Source of the DNA: a virus
DNA length: 64,000 bases
IMG/VR virus record: IMGVR_UViG_3300044977_000094
Span: 111,261 to 175,260 of that record
Direction: 5' to 3' (one strand)
A program made the position numbers and the translations under genes. A model generated the notes under the pieces. The model saw nothing but the letters and a program-made list of their open reading frames with translations. It had not been told where the DNA came from and did not search any database. Positions 9,355-18,594 of the stretch are shown here, in pieces. How positions within the stretch are numbered: position 1 is the first letter of the stretch; every line of letters starts with the position of its first letter.

Positions 9355-10816
9355 GCAGATCGGACGTCGAGTCTTCGGCATCGGGTGTCGCCTGCGGCCC
9401 AAACCACAGGTCCACCCGGCCGGGCTCGATCCGCCGCACCCCCTTCCTGCCCCGATTCACCGTAATGCTCGCGCAAGCACGAAGAACCGCCCGACGTCTC
9501 TCTAGCGGCAACGCATTCCACCGTGCGTCAGCATCCGGAGCCCCGAGAAGATCCCGGAGCGCCGGCGGCACGGTCGCCCGGTGCAGTCGGGACTGCAGCT
9601 TCTCGATGCGCGGCTGAAGGCCAGCCTCAAGCGCGGCCAGCGACAGCACCGACAGCTTGCGCGATGCCGCCAACTGGCGCGCCTCCTGCAACTCGGTGTT
9701 CAGCTCGTCGATCTCGGCGAGGATCGCTGCCGTCGTGCCGCCCCGGTCGACCGGCTTGAACGCCTCCGCCGACTGCGGAGTAGACAGCCACTCAACCAGC
9801 GACTCCTCGACGTACGCCTCCAGTCGCGTCTTCAGCATGACGACATGGGCGCTGGGGCGGCATGTGTAGCTGGGAAGTGTGCGGTTCTTCAGGATGTACA
9901 GGTCACGCTGCTTGCAGACGCCGCAGATCGCGATCCCGGACAGCAGATGCGTCAGTGGACGCCCCGCGCCGTCGTTGCGGCCGGGCAGCGAGAGGAGACT
10001 CTGTACGGCCCAGAACGTCTCCGGGTCAATGAGCGCAGGCCAGAGCGCATCCCGGATCACGGTTCCCTGGTGCTTGCGCTTCCCCAGGTTCGTCTGATTC
10101 CTCATGATCTTCAGCAGCGCGTCACCGTTCCACTCGTAGCCCGCGCGGGTCCTGTGGCCCTGACTGTTCAGCCACGCGGCAATGGGCGGCGCCGACTCGC
10201 CGGCGGCGTAACGCCGGTATGCCTCGGCGAGATCGCGCGACTCGGTCGGATGCAAGACCTGGGCGATCAGTTCGCCCGACGCGGGGTCGTACTCGCGGGC
10301 GTAGCCAAAGGGGATCCGGCCGTGGGGGCGTCCCTTCGCGGCATTGAGGCGCACCGTTCGTAGGTTCCGGTCCCGGATGGCCTCGGCCTCGTCCTCGGCC
10401 TGGAGTGCGTCCTGGGCGGTGTCGCGCCGGTCGCGACGGTTGGTCATGTCGTAGGTGTGGCCGCCATAGTGCCACAGGACGCCAGTCTCCTCGCAGAGCT
10501 GGCGCAGGAGGACGTAGCCGTCCATGCTGCGGTTGGCGCGTGACGACTCCCAGGTCACCAGGACGTCGCATTCGCCCGCGCGGATGCGGGCGGCCATGGA
10601 TTCGAACTCGTCGCGGGTTCGCTTGGCGTGGCGAGAGGCTGAGCGGTCGGTGTCGGTGAACTCGCCGACCACCTGCCACCCTTGCTCGTCGCACTCGGCG
10701 TGGTTTTCTGCCGACTGGTCGTCAGTGGAACGGCCGCGGCGCTTAGGGTCGCGGGAGGCACGGTTGTAGATGAAGGCGCGCAGGGGGGCCGGCTGGCCCT
10801 GAGTGTCTCTGGGCAT
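9347..10816 (-). CDS. int: Large serine recombinase (integrase)
   Basis: IYNRAS catalytic motif, SAS..R, DVLVTWESSR.NR, PFGY recombinase domain, LLSGIAICGVC Zn-ribbon, coiled coil; TAGCCT 6 nt before ATG suggests leaderless transcript. Confidence 0.95.
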   Translation of the reverse strand: MPRDTQGQPAPLRAFIYNRASRDPKRRGRSTDDQSAENHAECDEQGWQVVGEFTDTDRSASRHAKRTRDEFESMAARIRAGECDVLVTWESSRANRSMDGYVLLRQLCEETGVLWHYGGHTYDMTNRRDRRDTAQDALQAEDEAEAIRDRNLRTVRLNAAKGRPHGRIPFGYAREYDPASGELIAQVLHPTESRDLAEAYRRYAAGESAPPIAAWLNSQGHRTRAGYEWNGDALLKIMRNQTNLGKRKHQGTVIRDALWPALIDPETFWAVQSLLSLPGRNDGAGRPLTHLLSGIAICGVCKQRDLYILKNRTLPSYTCRPSAHVVMLKTRLEAYVEESLVEWLSTPQSAEAFKPVDRGGTTAAILAEIDELNTELQEARQLAASRKLSVLSLAALEAGLQPRIEKLQSRLHRATVPPALRDLLGAPDADARWNALPLERRRAVLRACASITVNRGRKGVRRIEPGRVDLWFGPQATPDAEDSTSDLPS

Positions 10817-11307
10817 GGCAGCAGGCTAGTCCTCAGGAGTATGTCTACGCCGCCTTTTCGGGTGAGAGAGTCCAGCAGGCATGTGGGTATGAATATGCGG
10901 CGCGTTCGCTACGCCCTGGTTTTGCCGGAAATAGCACCAGGCCCCCGCCCGTCGGCGGGAGCCTGGCTCGTGCGTCCCGCTGATCCGCCTGGGGGGCAGG
11001 GTCGAGCGGGACGCCGTCAGTGGGGCGCGCTGTCGCGCGTCAGGGGCGGCATGTCAGCGTGCAAAAGTTGACCATTGGACCACTTGGGCATGCGACTCCG
11101 CCGGAGAAGGTCGTGCGGATACGTGCGACATCACCGGATGCTGAGTGGGAGCGCTCTCGCGGTGAGTCAGTGACGGCCGTTAACGCCGGATAACGGGAAC
11201 ATGCGTGCGAACCTATCGGTGTCGGACGCATCTATCAACCCCGACCGCCCGGGAAGCTTAACGAATCCGTTAGGGACTATCACCGCTCCCACCTCCAGTT
11301 TTGCTGT

Positions 11308-11610
11308 GTGGCTAAAGATCCAATCCAGCCGGTAGACACCGACCCCGTACCGGAGCGAGTGGCGATCGGCCGCAACATCCGCAGCATCCGAGACTGGCGC
11401 AAGCTGAGCCAGGAATCGCTTGCGGAAGCCACCGGCGTGCACGCCGTCCAAATCAGCCGCGTCGAGAACGGCGCTGCCGACACCGGCATCGACACGTACA
11501 TCCTGCTGGCCCGCGGCCTCAAGGTCCCGTCGCACTGGTTGTTGACCATCGACTGGCCGCAGCTCATAGGAGACGACGAGGACTCCCCTCCCCGCCCTCC
11601 GCGCCCCTAA
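11308..11610 (+). CDS. XRE HTH regulator
   Basis: IGRNIRSIR...LSQESLAEATGV...ISRVENG. Confidence 0.85.
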   Translation: MAKDPIQPVDTDPVPERVAIGRNIRSIRDWRKLSQESLAEATGVHAVQISRVENGAADTGIDTYILLARGLKVPSHWLLTIDWPQLIGDDEDSPPRPPRP

Positions 11611-11666
11611 CCACTGCTCGCCGACATCCTGTCGCACAGGCGCACTCGCCCGGCGCGCGACTGGCT

Positions 11667-12050
11667 TCACGCGCCCCCTCGCGGATGCTCGGCGTGGTGG
11701 GTCGTGCCGGTCGTCTCGCCGTACCGGTCCGGATACGACAGGGTCACCGTCGCCTGGTACTGCGACGAATCCTCGACCGGGCCCGGGGTGCGCGCCCACG
11801 CGATGTTGTGCAGCTCGGCGCGAGGCGACTGACGCACCAGGGCCACGACCGCCTCCAATGCCTCCAGTTGGCTGCTGCCGGTGCACACGACCGCGGTCTG
11901 CAGGGTGGCCGCTATGTCGTGGACGGCGCCGAGCTGCTCCACGACCCGCCATGCCTGCTGCAGGTCCCCGACCGCGTCGCCCATCTGCCCGGGGACGGCG
12001 GCCGGCGCCGCTGGTGGGGTGATGCGCACGACGGCGCCGGGGTCGCTCAC
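11667..12050 (-). CDS. Hypothetical protein
   Basis: Last gene of a coupled four-gene operon. Confidence 0.55.
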   Translation of the reverse strand: MSDPGAVVRITPPAAPAAVPGQMGDAVGDLQQAWRVVEQLGAVHDIAATLQTAVVCTGSSQLEALEAVVALVRQSPRAELHNIAWARTPGPVEDSSQYQATVTLSYPDRYGETTGTTHHAEHPRGGA

Positions 12051-12208
12051 CACAGCTCCCGCAGCGCGGGGTACTGCCGGAGGAGGGCCTGTACGGTCTG
12101 GTAGCCCTCCGGGGTGATGCGCGCAGTCAGGCCCGCGGTGCGCAGCGCGAGGAACTCGGCCCACGCGTCGGTGGGCACGCCGGATGGTCGGGTGAGGGTG
12201 GGGGTCAT
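12047..12208 (-). CDS. Small hypothetical protein
   Basis: MTPTLTRPSGVPTDAWAEFLAL...; coupled. Confidence 0.5.
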   Translation of the reverse strand: MTPTLTRPSGVPTDAWAEFLALRTAGLTARITPEGYQTVQALLRQYPALRELW

Positions 12209-12654
12209 GCTGGCGTCTCCGTGGTGAGGGTGGTCCGGTTCAGGGCGTGCTGGTGCTGGAGGGCGGCGGCCAGCCACGGTGGTCCGCTGAGGCGCGGGGT
12301 GGACGGCAGGTGCAGCCACTGGAAGCGGTTGCTGGGCCCGCGGTCCGTGGGGGTGCTGAGCCAGCCGCCGCGCCCTATGAGGCGGCAGCCGGGCGGGTAG
12401 GTGGCGCTGTGGCCGGGGCTGACGAGGAAGTGCACTTGGCCAGCCTTCGTGTCGTGCAGGACCGGTCCGAGGCGCCTGCGCTCGTACTGGTTCTCGTGCA
12501 GCAGGTACGTGAGCGCGGGCAGCGCGAGGTCGGCTGGGGTGCGGACCGCATCCCACAGGACGCCCGCGGGCCACATGACGACGGGGTGGTCCAGGCAGCG
12601 GGTGAAGCCCTCCGGGGTCAGCCACGCCGTGGCACTCACCGGGCTTGTGGTCAT
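12205..12654 (-). CDS. Conserved Streptomyces hypothetical protein (WDAVR..GPV..D type)
   Basis: AGVLWDAVRTP...LGPVLHD....HFLV.PG motif. Confidence 0.65.
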   Translation of the reverse strand: MTTSPVSATAWLTPEGFTRCLDHPVVMWPAGVLWDAVRTPADLALPALTYLLHENQYERRRLGPVLHDTKAGQVHFLVSPGHSATYPPGCRLIGRGGWLSTPTDRGPSNRFQWLHLPSTPRLSGPPWLAAALQHQHALNRTTLTTETPA

Positions 12655-12857
12655 GACGCCAGCCTCAGGCAGTCAGGGTGCGCGGCGACAGCCCAGCCGA
12701 GGGGCTGGCCCGGCCGTACCTCGACCTCGACGTATCCCGCTCGCACCAGGACGCCCCCACTCGCCGCGCAGGCCACGCACGCCTTGCCGTGCAGCTGCGC
12801 GTAAGAGTAGTGACGTCCTGCGCCCGGGGCGCACGCCTGCGCCTGATGCTCCGACAT
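12651..12857 (-). CDS. Small Zn-finger-like protein
   Basis: QLHGKACVAC...HPDC. Confidence 0.6.
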   Translation of the reverse strand: MSEHQAQACAPGAGRHYSYAQLHGKACVACAASGGVLVRAGYVEVEVRPGQPLGWAVAAHPDCLRLAS

Positions 12858-12984
12858 GTCCGCTCGCACCTCTCGCGATCCACCAGACGAAAACCGCTGG
12901 TACGAGTAGCGTCGACAATGCGGACACCCAACCACAGGGTCTGACTGTCCGCACCCGTCCGCACCCTCGCGGACAGCGCGGACA
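12857..12984. promoter_or_regulatory. Six GCGGAC(A) motifs between divergent genes
   Basis: Copies at 12857, 12920, 12946, 12957, 12969, 12978 in both orientations. Confidence 0.55.
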
Positions 12985-12997
12985 CCCAGGGGAACAC

Positions 12998-14173
12998 GTG
13001 AACGACGAGACCTTCGGCCAGCTCCTCAAGCGCTTACGCGGAGACCTCTCCCTACGCGACCTCGCGCGCCTCGCGAACTGCGGAAAGTCCGCCATCGGCG
13101 ACCTCGAATCCGGACGCCGCCGCCCCACCCTGCACATGGCCCAAACCCTGGACCGCGCCCTGGACACCGGCGGCGCCCTCGCCCACCACGTACAAAGCCC
13201 GCCCGGAACCCCCGCCATCCAGGTTGCCGCAGCCCTGCAGCGCGACCTCGCGGACAGTCTCGCCGCCGGACCCATGACCGATGCCGGACTCGAAGAGTGG
13301 GACTACCAAGTCTCCCGCCACGGCCGCGCCACCCGCTACCGCACCGAAGCCGACCTGCTGCCCGAGCTCGTCGCCGACATGACCGACCTCCAGCGGCTCC
13401 TCGCCCACCGGCACCCCCTGAACGTGCGCCGCCGCTTGCTGGCCACGGCCGCAGGCCTGTCCGGGCTCCTCGCGCTGACCCTGCTGAAGCTCGACGACGC
13501 GTCCGCCCGGGACTGGTGGCGCACCGGCCGCGCCGCCGCGACCGCAGCCGAGAACCGGCCCGTCCTCGCCTGGATCTACGCCCAGGAGTCCTATCAGCGC
13601 TACTACGACAACGACCTCGCCGGCGCCGTGGAACTCGCCGTCCGCGCCCAGCAGCTGGCCGGCGGGCTGCCGTGCGTTGCGGATGCTCTCGCCGCGCCGC
13701 TGGAAGCCCGCGCGCACGCCGCCGCAGGCCGCTGGGACGAGACGGTGGCGGCGCTGGCCCGTGCGCAGGTCGCGTTCGACCGGCTGCCCGAGGAAGACCG
13801 GCAGCCCTCCGCGCTCGGCTACGACGAAGCACAGCTGCGGTTCCACTCCGGGTCGGCATGGACGCTCCTCCACGACACCGGGCGCGCCTGGGAGGAGCAA
13901 CAGCAGGCCCTGGCCCTGTATTCGGACGAGCAGCGCACGGACCGGTCGCTGGTGATACTGGACCGCGCCTCATGCCTCGCCTGGGACGGTGACCCGGCGA
14001 CGGCCGCGTCGATGGCGGCACAGACACTGCTGGAACTCCCCTTGGAGCATCGCTCGCCGCTGATCGTCTACCGTGCCCGTGATCTTGCCGCTACAGTCCC
14101 CGAGACAGCCAGGTCACTGCCGGAGATGCGGGTCCTGCGGGAGATCCTCGCCCTGCCCTCCGGAGCCGTCTGA
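12998..14173 (+). CDS. XRE HTH plus TPR-like helical regulator
   Basis: FGQLLKRLRGDLSLRDLA...IGDLESGRRRP followed by an Ala/Leu-rich helical repeat region. Confidence 0.85.
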   Translation: MNDETFGQLLKRLRGDLSLRDLARLANCGKSAIGDLESGRRRPTLHMAQTLDRALDTGGALAHHVQSPPGTPAIQVAAALQRDLADSLAAGPMTDAGLEEWDYQVSRHGRATRYRTEADLLPELVADMTDLQRLLAHRHPLNVRRRLLATAAGLSGLLALTLLKLDDASARDWWRTGRAAATAAENRPVLAWIYAQESYQRYYDNDLAGAVELAVRAQQLAGGLPCVADALAAPLEARAHAAAGRWDETVAALARAQVAFDRLPEEDRQPSALGYDEAQLRFHSGSAWTLLHDTGRAWEEQQQALALYSDEQRTDRSLVILDRASCLAWDGDPATAASMAAQTLLELPLEHRSPLIVYRARDLAATVPETARSLPEMRVLREILALPSGAV

Positions 14174-14186
14174 AAGGGGCACCGCC

Positions 14187-14636
14187 GTGGGCATCACGAT
14201 TCGTCAGGCCGTCGAGCAGGACGTCGAGGCCATCTCCCGTCTCCTCGGTGAGGTGGAGGCGTACTACGGCGGCGACAATGAGCCCGCGGATGAGACGCAG
14301 GTCCGCGTGGCCCTGTTCGACGAGCCTGTGTCCGCGACGGTGCTCCTGGCTGTCGACGGGGCGACGGTGGTGGGGTTGGCGTCGTTCTCCCGCTTGTGGC
14401 CCGCTGCGGGCGCGGATACGTCCATGTACCTGAAGGAGCTGTTCGTCGCCGAGACCGCCCGCCGTCGGGGTGTTGGCGCGCAGCTCCTGGACGCGGTGAA
14501 GGAAGCCGCCGAGATGGCTGGGTGCAGTCGTCTGGAGTGGACCGGCGACACGGACAATCCGGCCGCGCTCGGCTTCTACAAGAAGCTGGGTGTGCCGGTC
14601 AACGACGGTAAGGTCTTTTACCGGCTCTCGCTGTAG
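14187..14636 (+). CDS. GNAT acetyltransferase
   Basis: LKELFV...RRRGVG..LL acetyl-CoA motif; N..A.GFYKKLG. Confidence 0.9.
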   Translation: MGITIRQAVEQDVEAISRLLGEVEAYYGGDNEPADETQVRVALFDEPVSATVLLAVDGATVVGLASFSRLWPAAGADTSMYLKELFVAETARRRGVGAQLLDAVKEAAEMAGCSRLEWTGDTDNPAALGFYKKLGVPVNDGKVFYRLSL

Positions 14637-14735
14637 CCAACCGGCTGCGAGTACGACGAAGCCCGGCCCCGATGCGAGCGGGGCCGGCACGGGTGCCTGT
14701 TGGTCAGCTCACCGCTTCCAGCGGCCGCCCCCACC

Positions 14736-14765
14736 TGGGTTTTCACGGATGTCCGTGAAAACCCA
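14736..14765. repeat. Perfect 14-bp inverted repeat with 2-nt spacer
   Basis: TGGGTTTTCACGGA-TG-TCCGTGAAAACCCA between convergent genes. Confidence 0.85.
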
Positions 14766-14804
14766 CGCCCGCGCCTCCCGAAGGAGACGCGGGCGCCTGC
14801 CGGC

Positions 14805-15965
14805 TCAGCGAGACTGCGTAATCGCACGTCCGCCACCGGGCCTTCCCTGCATGCGGGTCCGCAAGCTCACTACATTGTCGACAGCCTTCGGAGCCGGATC
14901 TGAACCCGCATCCGGTGCCAATGACCGCATCAACACCGGATGCAAGCCGAGGTCATCTGCAGCCTGCAGCACCGACGGCGGCTCCCCATATCGGCGCACC
15001 AGCATCGCCCGCATCAACGCCGGCTGCTCAGCATGCACCGTTACGGGCTCCTGTGTCCGCCATCCCCGAGCGGCGATCTGCTTGTACAGACTGGTCTTCC
15101 TGTCGTCGTCGATCAGCCCAAGATGGCTCGCCCGCATGATGAACGCCTGGATCGACACCCCCCAGCGGCCCTTCAGTGCAGCCAGATCCCGCAGCGTGAA
15201 AACGCCCTCAAGGGCCTCGCGGGCCCGCTCCTGCGGGAAGAGGAACGCGCCCGCGAACCGGTGAGCCTCCTTCTCTGCATCCGCCGCCGACAGGCCGCGA
15301 CGTGCCGTGTGCAGGACCAGGTGCCCCAACTCGTGAGCGACGGTGAACCGCTGGCGATCACCACTGCCTGCGGCGAAGTAGCTGATCAGATAGGGGTCGT
15401 CCGCCCCACGCCAACAGGAGACGCCAGAGTGGCCGACGACGATCTCCTCGCCGTGCCCTTGGGCGTCGACCAGGACGAGCGGTACCACTGGGATCCCGGC
15501 ACGCTCGCACGTCCGGATCACATGGCGCAGCACACCGTCACGGCCAACGGCCAGCGCGTCACGGGTCTGCTCCGCCAGCGTCTCGATCATGTCGCCGTCA
15601 ATGTCGCCCTCGGCGCGGGGCAGCTGGAGACGCCGCACGCGAGTCTCCGCCAGCAGCCGGGCGGCCACGCGGTACGCCTCGCGGACGGTCGCCTCGACCC
15701 GCTTCACTTCTTTGGCTGACGCGCCGGCCCGCTTGCGGAAGGCCAGGGTGTCTGTGGGCAAGTCATCCGGATCGACGTCGAAGAAGGCCCGGGGGGTGCT
15801 GGTAGCAGCCGCCACCTTGGAGAGGAAGTCCTCCGTGGCCAGCTTGGTGTGCTTCTCGATGTAGTGGATGAGGGGCTGCGACACGCCTGCGATAGCTGCG
15901 AGCTCGTCCTGAGACAGGCCCATCAGCAGTCGCAGGGTGCGCAGCCGCTCGCCTGCATCAGGCAC
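14805..15965 (-). CDS. XRE HTH plus ImmA/IrrE (M78) metallopeptidase, RmrA-like antitoxin
   Basis: N-terminal HTH (LSQDELAAIAGVSQPLI..IE); RQRFTVAHELGHL, EKEAHRFAGAFL. Confidence 0.9.
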   Translation of the reverse strand: MPDAGERLRTLRLLMGLSQDELAAIAGVSQPLIHYIEKHTKLATEDFLSKVAAATSTPRAFFDVDPDDLPTDTLAFRKRAGASAKEVKRVEATVREAYRVAARLLAETRVRRLQLPRAEGDIDGDMIETLAEQTRDALAVGRDGVLRHVIRTCERAGIPVVPLVLVDAQGHGEEIVVGHSGVSCWRGADDPYLISYFAAGSGDRQRFTVAHELGHLVLHTARRGLSAADAEKEAHRFAGAFLFPQERAREALEGVFTLRDLAALKGRWGVSIQAFIMRASHLGLIDDDRKTSLYKQIAARGWRTQEPVTVHAEQPALMRAMLVRRYGEPPSVLQAADDLGLHPVLMRSLAPDAGSDPAPKAVDNVVSLRTRMQGRPGGGRAITQSR

Positions 15966-16572
15966 CGGTGTCGCCCTCTTCGCGGCGCTCGTCGCTGTCG
16001 AGCTCGAAGGGGAGCACGAAGTCCTCGTCGTTCGGAATGAACTCGATCTTGGTGAGATCTTCGGCGCTGCGGGGGAGGGTGAAGTCGATGTCCGTCTTGG
16101 CGTTGCGTCCCAGGCTCCATGCGCCGACCGGGCGCACGATCCGAATGCTGAGTTCGCCGGTCTTCGTGTCGTTGGTCCACACGGCGAGGAGCCTGCTGGA
16201 CTCGACTCCGAATAGGTCGAGGGTGGGGTTGCGGTAGTAGCTGACGCGGGCCTGGTTTCGGCCGGGCGGCGGCGTGTCTGCGAACGGAGCCCCGTGCAGG
16301 ACGCGGATGAGCATGAGGCCGTTGGCGAGCAGGATGCGTCCGCTGACGGTCTTGCGCAGTTCCCAGCCGCCGAGGTCCTCGCTGGACAGAAGTCGACGGG
16401 CATGGTCCCGGGTGAGGTCGGTGCGGCCCTTGGTGTAGCCGTGGCCGTTCATCTTGTGCTTGTCGTAGTGCTCGTGAGCGACGAGGCGTCCCTTGTCCAG
16501 GGCGTCGTGGAGGGGGACGGCGAGGTCGGTGGTGGCCTCGGTGATGTACTGCGCATCAGCAGGTGTGAGCAT
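15958..16572 (-). CDS. Hypothetical protein, putative toxin partner of the ImmA-HTH gene
   Basis: Overlaps ImmA-HTH start; TAAAAT 7 nt before ATG. Confidence 0.7.
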   Translation of the reverse strand: MLTPADAQYITEATTDLAVPLHDALDKGRLVAHEHYDKHKMNGHGYTKGRTDLTRDHARRLLSSEDLGGWELRKTVSGRILLANGLMLIRVLHGAPFADTPPPGRNQARVSYYRNPTLDLFGVESSRLLAVWTNDTKTGELSIRIVRPVGAWSLGRNAKTDIDFTLPRSAEDLTKIEFIPNDEDFVLPFELDSDERREEGDTGA

Positions 16573-16575
16573 AGC

Positions 16576-16590
16576 GGTTATTTTATAACC
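16576..16590. promoter_or_regulatory. Palindromic operator overlapping a leaderless -10 box
   Basis: GGTTAT-TTT-ATAACC immediately upstream of the 16572 start. Confidence 0.6.
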
Positions 16591-16659
16591 CCGAATTACA
16601 CACTCGCAAGGACCCGGGCGTGGCGTGTCCTGGTCCACCTTCCTGGAAGAATGATCTCT

Positions 16660-16881
16660 ATGCCTCCGCCTCGCCCGACCCCGGACCCGCAGCGTGCGAT
16701 CGAGCGCGCCAACGCGCGGATCCGGGCGTACCTGCGCGGCATCCCCGGACGCTCGCCGGCCACCACGGAGCAGCGCGCCGAGTACCACCGGCTCGTCGAC
16801 GCCTACCTCACCGCCGTCAACCAGCGGGACGAGGCCCGGCGGCGGGAGGGCGAGGACGACGGCGAGCCCGTCGCAGCCTGA
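16660..16881 (+). CDS. Small hypothetical protein
   Basis: RAIERANARIRAYL...EYHRLVDAY. Confidence 0.6.
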   Translation: MPPPRPTPDPQRAIERANARIRAYLRGIPGRSPATTEQRAEYHRLVDAYLTAVNQRDEARRREGEDDGEPVAA

Positions 16882-16907
16882 CCAGCACTCGCACGTATGC
16901 TCGGGCC

Positions 16908-17153
16908 GTGCCCGATGACCAGCCACTCCCCGAAGACCTCGTCGACCTCCAGCGCGCAGTGTTCGCAGCCCAAGAAGCCCTCAGGGCATACGACGGCGAC
17001 GACCCCCAGCAGCGCGAAGCCCTCCGCCAAGCCGAACGCGAAGCCGTCCTCGCCCTCAACCGGCACCCCGGCTACCTCGCCGCCCGCCAAGGCGGCGGCG
17101 ACTGGCAAGACCTCTGGGAAGCCGCCGGACGACCCCGCACCGTCCCCAAGTAG
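16908..17153 (+). CDS. Small hypothetical protein
   Basis: TATGCT 6 nt before GTG; LPEDLVDLQRA. Confidence 0.6.
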   Translation: MPDDQPLPEDLVDLQRAVFAAQEALRAYDGDDPQQREALRQAEREAVLALNRHPGYLAARQGGGDWQDLWEAAGRPRTVPK

Positions 17154-17279
17154 CCCCGAACGCACGAAAGCGCCCCGCTCCGCCGCCGTAAGGCAGCAGA
17201 GCGGGGCGATCCATGTGCAGCCACGGGCCCGATGCCCGCGCGGGGGCCGGACAGCATGGCGACAAGCAGGGGGGATGGG

Positions 17280-18170
17280 TCAGCCCTTCGGGACCTGCAG
17301 GCCGTCCCAGGACTCCTTCCCCGGCGGCCACTTCAGGGCGTCGCCGGTCCAGCCGAGGTTGTGGCGCCGCGAGAACTCCGCCTGCCACGCCTCGTACGAG
17401 TTCACGTCCCCGGTCCCGATGACGTCCTTGCCCAGACTCGACCGGTACTTGTCACAGCCCTCCGCGACCAGCCGCGCATGCATCCGGCCCACCACGGGCG
17501 ACACCCGGCCCATCGTGAACCACGCCGCGCCCGGAAACGGCTCATACGACGGGGCCGGGGCGGGCTTCGGCGCCGGAGGCTTCGGAACCTTCGCCGACGC
17601 CCACGCCCGCAACGCAGCCGCGCTAGCCGCCGCCGACACATCCTGATCCACCCCACCAGCAACCGCCCACTGATGGAACATCCACGGATGCTCAATCCCC
17701 GGCTCACCAGCAGGCAGACCCGTCGTCGCGATCCACAGGAAATCCCCGCAGTCCGACGTCGTATCCACGTTCAACCAGTAGTCCTTGTTGCAGTACAAGC
17801 CCGTCTGGTGCTGCGGCTGCTTGCCCCGCACATACGCCAACCACGCGCCCTTGAACACAGCCTGCGCCGGCTTCGGCACCGCGAGGTTCGCCGCGTCGTA
17901 GCCCTCCCAGTCCAGACACAACACCTCACCCGCCGTCGGCTGCGCCACCGACAGGAAGTGATCCGCCTCCGCCGCCGGCGAGTTCGCCATATCCGGGTAG
18001 TGATACAGCCCCACAACCAGACCGGCCGCCGCGGCGTGCGCGCGCTGCTGCTGCCACAGCGGATTGACGTAGGTCAGGCCCTGCGTGACCTTGATGAAGG
18101 CAAACGACAGGCCCGACGTGCTCGGGGTGGGCGACTGGTACGACGCCCAGTCCTGGCCGTTGACGGTCAT
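17280..18170 (-). CDS. Endolysin: GH25 muramidase with C-terminal peptidoglycan-binding domain
   Basis: GQDWASYQ, FAFIKVTQG..Y.NP, GLYHY, LDWE, HQW...VDQD; C-terminal YEPFPG..F..GR.SP.V domain. Confidence 0.92.
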   Translation of the reverse strand: MTVNGQDWASYQSPTPSTSGLSFAFIKVTQGLTYVNPLWQQQRAHAAAAGLVVGLYHYPDMANSPAAEADHFLSVAQPTAGEVLCLDWEGYDAANLAVPKPAQAVFKGAWLAYVRGKQPQHQTGLYCNKDYWLNVDTTSDCGDFLWIATTGLPAGEPGIEHPWMFHQWAVAGGVDQDVSAAASAAALRAWASAKVPKPPAPKPAPAPSYEPFPGAAWFTMGRVSPVVGRMHARLVAEGCDKYRSSLGKDVIGTGDVNSYEAWQAEFSRRHNLGWTGDALKWPPGKESWDGLQVPKG

Positions 18171-18182
18171 GGTGCGCTCCTG

Positions 18183-18581
18183 TCAGACCGCGGCGGGCGG
18201 TGCGGGGATCGGCGCCGGCCCCGGTGCCGGCTGCGGGACGAGAGACGCCGTCGGAGTCACGTGGATGCGCAGGACCAGCGACAGCACGGCCACGACGACA
18301 GCGTTCAGCGAGCTGACCTCCCCGGTCGTGACGTGAGGCACACCGAAGGCCATCAGGACCGTGGCCACGGCCGACAGCGCACCGGTCAGCGCCGCCACCG
18401 GGAACGGGCGCACGCTCACCGCCGCGACAAGCGCCAGGACCGCGGTGGTCACCGCCTCCAGCGCGCCGGTCTGGCCAGCCGTGAGACTGAAGCCGAGGCC
18501 CACGACGAGGGCCAGCAGGGACTGCACCAGGCCGGTGATCAGCACCGGCTCAGTTCGGATGGTGTTGACGATTCTGCTCAT
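18183..18581 (-). CDS. Holin-like membrane protein
   Basis: Four hydrophobic segments, R.EPV start and R.HVTP end; directly upstream of endolysin. Confidence 0.75.
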   Translation of the reverse strand: MSRIVNTIRTEPVLITGLVQSLLALVVGLGFSLTAGQTGALEAVTTAVLALVAAVSVRPFPVAALTGALSAVATVLMAFGVPHVTTGEVSSLNAVVVAVLSLVLRIHVTPTASLVPQPAPGPAPIPAPPAAV

Positions 18582-18594
18582 GGTGAGGGTCCCT

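Noticed and set aside
10817-10900. Exact attP site upstream of the integrase
   Set aside because: No convincing inverted repeat around a central dinucleotide could be identified by eye
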